From: Vicinamibacteria bacterium
Lineage (GTDB): Bacteria; Acidobacteriota; Vicinamibacteria; Marinacidobacterales; Marinacidobacteraceae
Reading direction: 5' to 3'
DNA length: 64,000 nucleotides
Assembly: GCA_963668695.2 (NCBI GenBank)
Contig: CAXXLQ010000004.1
Span: 32,001-96,000, forward strand
The translations under genes were made by a program, and so were the position numbers. Positions 20,170 to 29,190 of the stretch are shown piece by piece. The notes beneath the pieces were generated by a model. It was given only the letters and a program-made list of their open reading frames with translations, had not been told where the DNA came from and searched no databases. The stretch's first letter is position 1; every line of letters begins with the position of its first letter.

Positions 20170-20658
20170 AGCAGCCGGTGGGCAGAGTGGCGTGAGCACC
20201 GAGAGCGGTGAGGCGCCCGGCTGACAAGGCGCGCGAGGGAGGAGCCCCCACCGGGAGAACTGGCCCGAGTGTGTTTCGACCGAAGCGCAACGATGAGCCA
20301 CGCGAAGCGGGGCGGCCAGTTCTCCCGGTGGGGGCCAGCCGGGATGCATCGCCGCTCGCTTCCGGAGCGGGGCGCCAGCACCGCGGAGACCCCGGAGCGG
20401 AAGAGACGGGGGACGGGAGCACCCGACCCCCATCCCTCTTGACTCGGGCTTCCGGAGCGGGGCGCAAGCACCGCGGAGACCCCGGAGCGAGAGGGATGGG
20501 GGACGGGAACACCCGACCACCATCCCTCTTGACTCGGGCTTCCGGAGCGGGGCGCAAGCACCGCGGAGACCCCGGAGCGAGAGGGATGGGGGACGGGAAC
20601 ACCCGACCACCATCCCTCTTGACTCGGGAATGCCACGAGACTCTGTCTACAGGCTGCT
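20170..20658. mobile_element. MITE-like repeat element, copy D, with an internal 3 x 90-bp array
   Basis: Ends GCAGCCGGTGGGCAGAGT...ACTCTGTCTACAGGCTGC; shared core. Confidence 0.75.
20358..20628. repeat. tandem repeat, 3 x 90 bp
   Basis: Unit GCTTCCGGAGCGGGGCGC...CCATCCCTCTTGACTCGG starts at 20358, 20448 and 20538. Confidence 0.95.
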
Positions 20659-20659
20659 T

Positions 20660-20750
20660 GCCCGTGGGGAACGCGCCCCGCATGCAGCGAACTCGGCAAC
20701 TGTGTCGTGTCCTTCATGTGGCGGTGATGCGGGGTGCTTTCCCCGCGGGC
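20660..20750. repeat. 24-bp imperfect inverted repeat just downstream of the fbpA stop
   Basis: GCCCGTGGGGAACGCGCCCCGCAT (20660-20683) pairs with ATGCGGGGTGCTTTCCCCGCGGGC (20727-20750); 3 differences. Confidence 0.7.
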
Positions 20751-20752
20751 GA

Positions 20753-21793
20753 TCAGATCGCCCCGACTTCGCGGAGGAGATCGAGCGTTCCCCGCAGGTC
20801 GTCCAGATCCCCGAGTTCGAGGTCCGGCGGATTGATTTCGGAGAGGGGCGTCACCGCGGGATCGGTAGGGATCCCCTCAACCAGCGGATACTCGAACGTT
20901 TCCCGGGCGAAACGCTCCTGCACCGATTCCGTGAGCAGATAGGCCAGGAACCGCTCGGCGGCTTCGGGGTTGGCCGCCGTGTTCACCACCCCGCCGCCGG
21001 AGATGTTGATGAGGCCTCCGGCTCCTCCTCCCGCCGGGCTCACGGTCCGCGCGGCGAACTCCGGTCCCTGCTGGACCAGGAAGCGGAAGAGGTAGTAGTG
21101 GTTCGACAGCGCCAGCTCCACTTCCCCGTCCGCAACCGCCTGGTAAATCGCCGAGTTGTTCGGGTAGGCCACCGGGTCGTTGGCCAGTACTCCTTCGAGC
21201 CATTCCCTGGCAGCGTCCTCTCCCTCGAGCCGCCGGACGGCCGTCACGAACGCCTGGAAGGATCCGTTCGTCGGCGCCCAGCCGATGCGGCCTTTCCAGC
21301 GAGGATCGGTCAGACCGTGGATCGTGTCCGGCAGATCCTCGGGGGTCAGGAGTTCGGTGTTGTAGACGAACACCCGGGCGCGGCCGGTGGTGCCCACCCA
21401 GCGCCCGTTCGGATCCCGGAAACGGGATGAAACCCGATCAAGGATCGACTCGGGAAGCGGACTCAGACGGCCTTCGCTCGCCAATTGGCCAAGGGCTCCC
21501 GCGTCTTGACCGTAATAGACGTCCGCCGGACTCTGGTCGCCCTCTTCGAGAATCTGGGCCGCGAGGTCCGCGGTCCCGCCGTACCGGATCTCCACCTGGA
21601 TCCCCGTCTCCTCCTGAAACGCCTGAACCACCGGCCCGACGAGCGACTCTCCTCGGCCACAATAGATGGTCAGGGTCTCGGGCTCGGGAGTGCCAGTGCA
21701 GCCGGCAACGGCGGTGAGGACAATTGCGGCGGCTCCAAGCTTCCCGAAATCGGTCGCCGAGAGCCGCTTTGTGATACTGAAAATGGCTTTCAT
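20753..21793 (-). CDS. fbpA: Fe(III) ABC transporter substrate-binding lipoprotein (FbpA/FutA type)
   Basis: VAGC lipobox; EEGDQSPADV, RARVFVYNT, APTNGSFQAF, NHYY iron-ligand tyrosine pair. Confidence 0.85.
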   Translation of the reverse strand: MKAIFSITKRLSATDFGKLGAAAIVLTAVAGCTGTPEPETLTIYCGRGESLVGPVVQAFQEETGIQVEIRYGGTADLAAQILEEGDQSPADVYYGQDAGALGQLASEGRLSPLPESILDRVSSRFRDPNGRWVGTTGRARVFVYNTELLTPEDLPDTIHGLTDPRWKGRIGWAPTNGSFQAFVTAVRRLEGEDAAREWLEGVLANDPVAYPNNSAIYQAVADGEVELALSNHYYLFRFLVQQGPEFAARTVSPAGGGAGGLINISGGGVVNTAANPEAAERFLAYLLTESVQERFARETFEYPLVEGIPTDPAVTPLSEINPPDLELGDLDDLRGTLDLLREVGAI

Positions 21794-21820
21794 AGTTGAT
21801 AACTCTACCAAAATTATTCC
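21778..21820. promoter_or_regulatory. possible Fur-like operator in an AT-rich patch at the fbpA start
   Basis: TGAAAAT-G-GCTTTCA (7-1-7-like), followed by TGATAACTCTACCAAAATTATT. Confidence 0.3.
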
Positions 21821-21857
21821 GCCGGCGCGTTTCTTGCTAACACCACCTTCGCACCCC

Positions 21858-22958
21858 ATGCCAACCCGGACACTTGCGTCAGCCGTCCTGGTGGCCGCTG
21901 TGTTCGCAGGCCTCGCCGAGGGTGCCCAGATCGAGCTGGAACGGCGGATCTCGGCGGTCTACCGGACGGCCAGCCCCGCGGTCGTGAACATCACCGCTGA
22001 AATCCAGAGCTACGACTGGTTCCGGGGCCAGGTCACCCAGCAGGGCACCGGCTCCGGGTTCGTCTACGACGGCCAAGGGCACATCGTCACGAACTACCAC
22101 GTCGTGGAGGCGGCCGATCAGCTTCAGGTCACCTTCTCCGACGGCGAAGTGCGCGATGCCCGGCTCGTGGGAGCCGATCCCTCGAACGATCTTGCAGTCC
22201 TCGAAGTGGCGGCCGGCGCCAACGATCCGGAACCCTTGGCGCTCGGAGACTCCGACGCCCTCGAAGTAGGGCGGTTCGTGGTGGCCATCGGACATCCCTT
22301 CGGCCTCGACCAGACCTTGACCACCGGAGTCGTGAGCGGCCTCGGCCGCATCATCGAGAGTCCCGATCGGGGATTCATCGGCGAGATCATCCAGACCGAC
22401 GCGGCCATCAATCAGGGGAACTCCGGAGGGCCCCTGCTAGACCTCGATGGACGGGTGGTCGGTGTAAACAGCGCCATCGTGAGCCCCACCGGGACCTCCG
22501 CGGGAATCGGGTACGCCATTCCCGCCGCCACGCTGGCGCGCGTCGTGCCGGAACTGATCCGGAACGGCCGATACCCGCACCCCCACCTGGCGATTTCGGT
22601 CCAGGAGATCAACGAGCAGTTCGCGGCCTACTTTCGCCGGGTCGGAATCGCGGCCCCCCCGGAGGGAGGTCTCATGATCCGGGCGGTCGCGCGGGGCGGG
22701 CCCGCGGACCGCGCCGGGCTGCGCGGAGCGGGCCAGGTTGGACGAATCGGCAACCTGCGGATCCGCTACGGCGGGGACTACCTACTGGCGGTAGACGGAC
22801 ATGCCGTAGGTACGGAGCGCGACCTCCTGCTTCTCCTCGAAACGAACTACCGGGTAGGTGACGAAGTCGGCCTGCGGCTCTGGCGCGACGAGCGCGAACT
22901 GGAGGTACGGGTCCAGCTCATCGACCGCGACACCGTCGTGCGCAGGCGGCGCCGGTAG
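21858..22958 (+). CDS. HtrA/DegP-like serine protease (trypsin + PDZ)
   Basis: GSGF, VTNYHVV, DLAVL, IQTDAAINQGNSGGPL; signal peptide from ATG 21858. Confidence 0.92.
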   Translation: MPTRTLASAVLVAAVFAGLAEGAQIELERRISAVYRTASPAVVNITAEIQSYDWFRGQVTQQGTGSGFVYDGQGHIVTNYHVVEAADQLQVTFSDGEVRDARLVGADPSNDLAVLEVAAGANDPEPLALGDSDALEVGRFVVAIGHPFGLDQTLTTGVVSGLGRIIESPDRGFIGEIIQTDAAINQGNSGGPLLDLDGRVVGVNSAIVSPTGTSAGIGYAIPAATLARVVPELIRNGRYPHPHLAISVQEINEQFAAYFRRVGIAAPPEGGLMIRAVARGGPADRAGLRGAGQVGRIGNLRIRYGGDYLLAVDGHAVGTERDLLLLLETNYRVGDEVGLRLWRDERELEVRVQLIDRDTVVRRRRR

Positions 22959-22963
22959 AACGC

Positions 22964-23273
22964 TAGCAGCCTGTGGTGGAACCCGGGTGAGCGCCGAGCC
23001 CGGGGAGGCCCAGTTCTCCCGGTGGGGCCAGTTCTCCCGGTGGGGGCCCGGCTGACAAGGCGCGTGAGGGAGGAGCCCCCACCGGGAGAACTGGCCCGGG
23101 TGTATGCCGACCGAAACGCAACGATGAGCGGCGCGCAGCGACGCGGTTCAGCCGGGATGGATCGCCGGCCGAACGCCGCGTGGGTTTCACTACCGGCTGT
23201 TTGGCCGGGATGGATCGCCGGGCGAGCCCCCACCGGGAGAACTGGGCCGCCTGGGTTTCACCACCGGCTGCTA
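22964..23273. mobile_element. MITE-like repeat element, copy E (duplicated right end)
   Basis: TA-GCAGCCTGTGGTGGAACCC...GGGTTTCACCACCGGCTGC-TA; extra right end at about 23181-23202. Confidence 0.75.
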
Positions 23274-25007
23274 ACTCCGGGCGGATAGCAGCCGGGTCAG
23301 CGCGAAGGCGGACGCCAGGGCGAGGAGAGCCCAGGACAGGGTGATGGCGAGACCGCGTCCGAAGAGCAGCGCCCCGCTCCCGAAGAGCACGGAATAGACC
23401 ATCACGCAGGCCACCGGCCACGCGAGAAAAGCGCGGGTGACGGGCTCGGGGCGCAACCGCGTACGAACGTAGGCGGCGTCCCAACCGGGACGCGGTGGCC
23501 GGGTTCGCTCGACGAAGGCGTCGAGCGTCTCCTTCGACTCGGCCGGGGTCACCAGAGTTGCGCCTACCCAAATCACCGTAGTGGCGGCCAGGCCGATCAC
23601 CAGTCCCCGAATCGAGCCCGGCTGGATCCCAAGAAGCGGAAGGGACACCGCCACCCCCAGCGATCCCGCCATGCCGGCGATCTCGCTCCAGGCGCTGATG
23701 CGCCACCACAGCCAGCGCGCGATGAAGAGCGGCCCGGTACCGGCCCCGATCTGGAGCAGCAACCCGAAACCTCCCCGCGCGGTGTCGATGAAGAGCGTGA
23801 GCAGTCCGGCCGCCGCCATCAGGAGGATGGTGGCGGCGCGCGCTACCGCAACGGATTCGCGAGCTCCGGCGGCGGGCCGGAAGAACCGCCGGTAGACGTC
23901 CTCCACCACATAGGAGGCGCCCCAGTTGAGGTGGGTGTCCACGGTGGACATGTAGGCCCCCGCGAGCGAAGCGGCGGCCAGACCCAGGAGTCCGGGCGGC
24001 AGGAGCCGGAGCATGAGGGGATAGGCGAGGTCGTCGCCGACAAGCGCCGGGTCGAGGCCGGGCAGCGCATCCCGGAGAGCGGCCAGATCCGGATAGACGG
24101 CCAGTGAGGCAAGGGCCACCAGGATCCAGGGCCAGGGTCTCAGGGTGTAGTGGGCGATGTTGAACCAGAGCGTCCCCCGGAGCGCGTCCTTCTCGCTCCG
24201 GGCGGCCAGCATCCGCTGGGCGATGTAACCGCCCCCCCCGGGCTCCGCTCCCGGGTACCAGACGCTCCACCACTGGAGCGCCACCGGCACCACGAACAGG
24301 ACCGCGAATGCTTCGGTCCCGGTCGGTGGAACGATGGCGAGGCGGTCCCCGAACTGCTCCACCAGCCCCGAAAGACCACCCACCGCCGGGTGTCCGAGCG
24401 CCCAGACCGCCGCCACCACGGCCCCCACCATGGACAGGACGAACTGCAGGAGGTCGGTGACCACCACTCCCCAAAATCCCGCGACCACCGCGTAGGCGGC
24501 CGCCAGCACGCCGGCGATCAGGACGGCGGTCGACTTGTCCAGTCCGAAAAGTACGCCGCCGATCTTGGCGCCCGCGAGGGTGACGGTGGCAATGACCACG
24601 CAGTTGAAGAAGACCCCGAGATACACCGCGCGGAATCCGCGCAGGAAGGCGGCCGGTTTTCCCGAGTAGCGGATCTCATAGAACCCCAGGTCCGTCGTGA
24701 GCCGACTCCGCCGCCACAGCGGCGCGAAGATAAACACCGTGAGCATGCCGGTGATGCAGAAGGCCCACCACGCCCAGTTGGCGGCCACGCCGTTCTGCCG
24801 GACAAGTTCGGCGACCAGGTTCGGGGTATCGGTCGAGAAGGTGGTCGCCACCATCGAGGTCCCGAGCAACCACCAGGGAAGTCGCCGCCCGGCGAGAAAG
24901 AAGGAATCGCTGTCCTTCGCCGCGAAGCGGACCGCCCACAGACCAATGGCGAGCACCGCAGCCAGATAGAGCCCGAAGACGATCCAGTCCAGCCCGCCGA
25001 AAGCCAT
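23271..25007 (-). CDS. sodium:solute symporter family protein
   Basis: FFLAGRRLPWW, ATTFSTDTP, AQRMLAAR, YMSTVDTHLNWG. Confidence 0.9.
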   Translation of the reverse strand: MAFGGLDWIVFGLYLAAVLAIGLWAVRFAAKDSDSFFLAGRRLPWWLLGTSMVATTFSTDTPNLVAELVRQNGVAANWAWWAFCITGMLTVFIFAPLWRRSRLTTDLGFYEIRYSGKPAAFLRGFRAVYLGVFFNCVVIATVTLAGAKIGGVLFGLDKSTAVLIAGVLAAAYAVVAGFWGVVVTDLLQFVLSMVGAVVAAVWALGHPAVGGLSGLVEQFGDRLAIVPPTGTEAFAVLFVVPVALQWWSVWYPGAEPGGGGYIAQRMLAARSEKDALRGTLWFNIAHYTLRPWPWILVALASLAVYPDLAALRDALPGLDPALVGDDLAYPLMLRLLPPGLLGLAAASLAGAYMSTVDTHLNWGASYVVEDVYRRFFRPAAGARESVAVARAATILLMAAAGLLTLFIDTARGGFGLLLQIGAGTGPLFIARWLWWRISAWSEIAGMAGSLGVAVSLPLLGIQPGSIRGLVIGLAATTVIWVGATLVTPAESKETLDAFVERTRPPRPGWDAAYVRTRLRPEPVTRAFLAWPVACVMVYSVLFGSGALLFGRGLAITLSWALLALASAFALTRLLSARS

Positions 25008-25082
25008 TAGCCTGCCAAACCGTAACCGAACCCCACGGCCGCCCCCGACTGACCTTGACCGCGCCCTAAACTCCCGTTCCTG

Positions 25083-25961
25083 ATGCGGGTGGCGACACTC
25101 CTCTGGATCTCGCTGGCGTTAGCAGCCGGTGGACAAAGTCAGGCCTCCGCCCAGGAAATTCAGATCGGGGGAAGGCGGGCTGCGGAAGCGTTGCTCGCGC
25201 GGGTGCTGGAACACCGCGAGGCCGTGCGGCGGCTGGAAGGCCAGCTGACCTTCCGGCAACTGATCACGACCGAAGCCCTCGACGAACAGCGGAACGTCGT
25301 CTCCACCGCCAACGCACTCTACGAATACGAGCCGGTGTTCGGCCGTCACCTCTGGAAGCTGCTCGAACTCGACGGCGAGGCGATCGGCGGGCGGCGGTTC
25401 CGCCGGGAAGAGCGGCGTTACCGGCGGGCCGTCGAAGCGGCAAAGGAGGAGGCCGAAGAGGACCGCCTGGCCCTGGAACGCCGGGATCCGGACTACGAAG
25501 TCCTCCCCAAGAACGGAATGGACCTCTTCTACGAGATCGCGAAGGACGCGCTCGAGCTCGAGATGTTCGAGGGAGAACTGTTCCGGGGCGCTACCTGGCG
25601 CGGCCGGCCCATGCAGATTGTGCGCTTCCGGCCTCGGCCGGGGTTCGAAGACGCTCCCAACCGGATGATGTCGGTCGTGTCCAAATGCGCGGGCGAGCTA
25701 TGGGTGGATCCGGAGAGTCTGCAGATCGCCCGGGTTCGGAGCGTCCTCCAGCAGGACGAGAACTTTGTTGCCGGCCTCTTCGGGCGTCTCCACCGCGGGA
25801 CGAGCACCGAGGTGGAAAGCCAGTTCGACGGAAGGATCTGGCTCCCGCAGCGAGTGACCATGACGGTGGACGCCCGGATGTACTTCATCCGCAGGATTCG
25901 CCGGCGGGTCCACTACGACTTCCTGGGTTTTCGTTCGTTCCCGCCGCCCACAGACCGGTAG
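25083..25961 (+). CDS. exported hypothetical protein
   Basis: Signal peptide; beta-rich C-half (VRFRPRP, GELWVDPE, IWLP); protein-like composition. Confidence 0.7.
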   Translation: MRVATLLWISLALAAGGQSQASAQEIQIGGRRAAEALLARVLEHREAVRRLEGQLTFRQLITTEALDEQRNVVSTANALYEYEPVFGRHLWKLLELDGEAIGGRRFRREERRYRRAVEAAKEEAEEDRLALERRDPDYEVLPKNGMDLFYEIAKDALELEMFEGELFRGATWRGRPMQIVRFRPRPGFEDAPNRMMSVVSKCAGELWVDPESLQIARVRSVLQQDENFVAGLFGRLHRGTSTEVESQFDGRIWLPQRVTMTVDARMYFIRRIRRRVHYDFLGFRSFPPPTDR

Positions 25962-25980
25962 CATTATCTGTTCGTCGGCC

Positions 25981-26730
25981 ATGCTCACCCTCACCCCACT
26001 CGAAGGGATCCCGGAAGTCGAACCCGGATGCGATCTGGCCCACCTGCTGCTCGACGGCATGCTCCGAGCGCACCTGGACCCCGCCGACGGCGACATCCTC
26101 GTGGTGTGCCACAAGGTCGTTTCCAAGGCGGAGGGCCGCCTGGTCCGCCTCGACCGCATGCGGCCTTCCAAGATCGCCCGCGCCTGGGCCCGCGCGAACG
26201 GACGGGACGAACGCGAGGTCCAGGCAGTAATGGGCGAGGCGCACAGCATCGTCCGGGTGCAGCGCGGGGTTCTGATTACCCAGACCCGTCACGGCTTTGT
26301 GTGCGCCAACTCGGGCGTGGACCGCTCGAACGTGCCCGAAGGCCATGTGTGCCTGCTGCCGGAGGATCCCGACCGTTCGGCAGGCGAGCTTGCCGCGCGG
26401 CTGTCCTCAGCGACCGATGCGGCCCTGGGAGTCGTCATCACCGATACGTGGGGCCGTCCCTTCCGGTTGGGAGCGATCAACGTGGCCATCGGGATCGCGG
26501 GCGCCTGCTCGCTCCTCGACTATCGGGGGCAGCAGGATCCTGCCGGCCGCACACTCCGGTCGGCGACGACCGCCGTGGGAGACGAGTTGGCGGCAGCCGC
26601 GGGCATCGTGATGGGCAAGTTGAGGCGAATTCCGGCGGTCCTGGTAAAGGGGTTCCCGTCGGATCCGGCTGGACAGCGCGGCACCGGGGCTTCGCTGATT
26701 CGCGACCGCGGGGAAGACCTCTTCCAGTGA
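25981..26730 (+). CDS. cofE: coenzyme F420-0:L-glutamate ligase
   Basis: GIPEVEPG, HKVVSKAEGR, CANSGVDRSN, LLPEDPDRSA, ITDTWGRPFR. Confidence 0.92.
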   Translation: MLTLTPLEGIPEVEPGCDLAHLLLDGMLRAHLDPADGDILVVCHKVVSKAEGRLVRLDRMRPSKIARAWARANGRDEREVQAVMGEAHSIVRVQRGVLITQTRHGFVCANSGVDRSNVPEGHVCLLPEDPDRSAGELAARLSSATDAALGVVITDTWGRPFRLGAINVAIGIAGACSLLDYRGQQDPAGRTLRSATTAVGDELAAAAGIVMGKLRRIPAVLVKGFPSDPAGQRGTGASLIRDRGEDLFQ

Positions 26731-27467
26731 GCGGCCCCCGCTTCGCGGTGCTGGGCGGGAGCGGACGGTTCGGACTCGGGCTCGCGTGGAGGCTTGCGGT
26801 CGGCGGAGCCGAGGTGGTGATCGGCTCCCGCGATGAGGGCCGAGCCATGGACGCCGCGACTCGAGTCCGCCGCGGGCTGGATCCCGCGGGCGGCGCTCCT
26901 TTCCCGGAACAGGAACTCACTGTGTCCGGGACGACCAATCTGGCGGCGGCGGGCGCTGCAGAAACAGTGTTTCTCAGCGTGCCTTTTTCCGCGCAGGAGG
27001 TCCTGCTGCACGAGGTCGGCCCCGCGCTCGAATCGAAAATGGTCATCTGCTGCGCCGTGATGTGGCCACCGGGTTCACGGCCGGAGACCTCAGCAGCCGA
27101 AGAAGCCGAGCGGACCCTCCGCCGGACGGGCGCCCGGAAGGTCCGCATCGCCGCCGCCTTCCAGACGATCGCCGCCGGCGTCCTGCGGCGCCTGCCGGAG
27201 CCGGCCTCCCGGGACGCATCACCGGATGTCCTCGTATTCGCCGACGAACCGGCGAACTGTGAGGCCGCCGCCCGGGCGGCGGCGTTCTCCGGGTTGCGGG
27301 CGGTACCCACCGGACCGCTGCGAGGATCCCGCGTCGCCGAGGCCGCCCTCTCGTTACTGATGGAGCTGAACCGGGGTCCCGCGCGCCACGCCGGGCTGAT
27401 GGTCACCGGTCTGGCAGCCGGTGGGCAAAGTCACGTGAGCACCGAAAACGGTGAGGCGCCCGGCTGA
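26727..27467 (+). CDS. npdG: F420-dependent NADP+ oxidoreductase-like protein; last about 17 codons come from repeat copy F
   Basis: GTGA overlap with cofE; AVLGGSGRFGLGLA, VIGSRDEGRA, AAAFQTIAA, GPLRGSRVAE. Confidence 0.75.
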   Translation: MSGPRFAVLGGSGRFGLGLAWRLAVGGAEVVIGSRDEGRAMDAATRVRRGLDPAGGAPFPEQELTVSGTTNLAAAGAAETVFLSVPFSAQEVLLHEVGPALESKMVICCAVMWPPGSRPETSAAEEAERTLRRTGARKVRIAAAFQTIAAGVLRRLPEPASRDASPDVLVFADEPANCEAAARAAAFSGLRAVPTGPLRGSRVAEAALSLLMELNRGPARHAGLMVTGLAAGGQSHVSTENGEAPG

Positions 27468-28064
27468 CAAGGCGCGCGAGGGAGGAGCCCCCACCGGGAG
27501 AACTGGCCCGAGTGTATTTCGACCGAAGCGCAACGATGAACGAAGCGTAGCGAAGTGCTTCAGCCGGGATGCATCGCCGGTCGCTTCCGGAGCGGGGCGC
27601 AAGCACCGCGGAGACCCCGGAGCGAGAGAGATGGGGGACAGGAACACCCGGCCCCGGTCCCTCTTGACTCGGGCTTCCAGAGCGGGGCGCAAGCACCGCG
27701 GAGACCCCGGAGCGAGAGGGATGGGGGACGGGAACACCCGACCACCATCCCTCTTGACTCGGGCTTCCAGAGCGGGGCGCAAGCACCGCGGAGACCCCGG
27801 AGCGAGAGGGATGGGGGACGGGAACACCCGACCACCATCCCTCTTGACTCGGGCTTCCGGAGCGGGGCGCAAGCACCGCGGAGACCCCGGAGCGAGAGGG
27901 ATGGGGGACGGGAACACCCGGCCCCGATCCCTCTTGACTCGGGCTTCCGGAGCGGGGCGCAAGCACCGCGGAGACCCCGGAGCGAGAGGGATGGGGGACG
28001 GGGACACCCGACCACCATCCCTCTTGACTCGGGAATGCCGCGTGACTTTGTCCACAGGCTGCTA
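27413..28064. mobile_element. MITE-like repeat element, copy F, with an internal 5 x 90-bp array
   Basis: Ends GCAGCCGGTGGGCAAAGT...ACTTTGTCCACAGGCTGC-TA; shared core. Confidence 0.75.
27583..28032. repeat. tandem repeat, 5 x 90 bp
   Basis: Units start at 27583, 27673, 27763, 27853 and 27943; same unit as the array at 20358. Confidence 0.95.
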
Positions 28065-28089
28065 GAAACCTGACCGGATTTACGGAAAC

Positions 28090-29190
28090 ATGGAATCCGG
28101 TTTCGGGGCGAAGCGGCTTCTCTTGGGGGCGCTCCCTTTCGTCGGAGCAGCCCTCATCCTCGCGCTCCTCTTCCGCCGGATCCCGCCGGACCGGATTCTG
28201 GATGCGCTGTCGGGAGCCGATCCGCTCCTCTTCTTCGCGGCGCTTCTGCCGGTCTCCATCCTCTACGTCTTGCTCGACGGCGCCCTCCTGACGGCGGTGC
28301 TCCGCTGGTTCCACCCTCCCGGGATCAGCTTCCGCGACTCGCTCGCGGTTCGCGCGGTGGACTATCTGGTTTCGCTCTGGAACGGGCGCGCCTCACAGGC
28401 CGCCATGGTGGGCACGCTGGGACGGCGCTTCGCGGTTGCCGAAAACAGCCCGAAATCGCACGCGGATTCCGGTTACTGGGAGTGCGCCGGGACGATCCTC
28501 TTTCTCGACCTCGGCCAGCGCGCCCACCTTCTGCTCTGGGCGGCAGGAGGGGCGGTCGTTCTGGGCGGCCAGGCGCCCGACCGTGTTCCCGCCGCCGCGG
28601 CGGTCGGTTTTCTGGGCCTCTGCCTGTTGGTCGCCTTCCTGCGCGGCCGTCTCCGAGGGGCCGGACTCGGACCACCTCGTTGGAGACTGCTGCGAACCCT
28701 CCGCCACGCCGCTCTCAAACACTACCTGTGGGTGCTCGCGTTCAAGGCGCCCCTGATCGTCGCCGCCGCGGTGGGACACCACTTCGCCCTCGGGGCCTTC
28801 GGCATCCAGATTCCGGTGGGCTCTCTCCTCGCCACCCTCCCGATCATCTTCCTCGCGGGCGCGCTGCCGATCGCGGTGGCGCGCATCGGAACGAGCCAGG
28901 CCGCCTGGCTCTTTTTCCACGCCGGAGCGGCCGCCGCCTCACCGGGTGGAGAAGCCGCCCTGCTCGCCTACAGCCTGTCCGCCCACCTGACCTTTCTGCT
29001 TCTGAACGCTGCGCTCAGCGCGCCGTTTCTTCCGGCGGCGTGGCGCACCGTCCGCGGCGCTTCCCGGGCGGGTTCTCCCGGTGGGGGTCTGCTCGGGAGA
29101 AAACCCGACGAGCCCGGAGGTGGATCCGCTACGGGATCCGCCGGTACACGCTCCGGAGAAGCACCGGATCCCCTCTCCGTGGCATCTTGA
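28090..29190 (+). CDS. membrane protein, lysylphosphatidylglycerol synthase TM / flippase-like (UPF0104)
   Basis: Hydrophobic; LPIAVARIGTSQAAW resembles the family's P-x-x-x-x-G-x-G-x-x-E segment. Confidence 0.6.
   Translation: MESGFGAKRLLLGALPFVGAALILALLFRRIPPDRILDALSGADPLLFFAALLPVSILYVLLDGALLTAVLRWFHPPGISFRDSLAVRAVDYLVSLWNGRASQAAMVGTLGRRFAVAENSPKSHADSGYWECAGTILFLDLGQRAHLLLWAAGGAVVLGGQAPDRVPAAAAVGFLGLCLLVAFLRGRLRGAGLGPPRWRLLRTLRHAALKHYLWVLAFKAPLIVAAAVGHHFALGAFGIQIPVGSLLATLPIIFLAGALPIAVARIGTSQAAWLFFHAGAAAASPGGEAALLAYSLSAHLTFLLLNAALSAPFLPAAWRTVRGASRAGSPGGGLLGRKPDEPGGGSATGSAGTRSGEAPDPLSVAS

Noticed and set aside
16275-20224. Long plus-strand ORFs (819 and 712 aa), and similar ones at 5587, 42173 and 44549
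   Set aside because: Antisense shadows of well-supported genes, expected at this GC content; Arg/Pro/Gly-rich with no motifs
26028-26726. 479-aa ORF as a cofE-overlapping long NpdG
   Set aside because: The N-terminal part is an off-frame read of cofE; the Rossmann motif begins right after GTG 26727
20358-28032. 90-bp arrays and the 37-bp-period repeats at 35577 as CRISPR arrays
   Set aside because: No unique spacers in the 90-bp arrays; only 8-nt gaps in the 37-bp set; no cas genes in the window
27354-28314. Five overlapping ORFs with 30-aa peptide repeats (also 19948..20942)
   Set aside because: They are translations of the 90-bp GC-rich tandem unit inside a repeat element, with no preferred frame, RBS or protein-like composition
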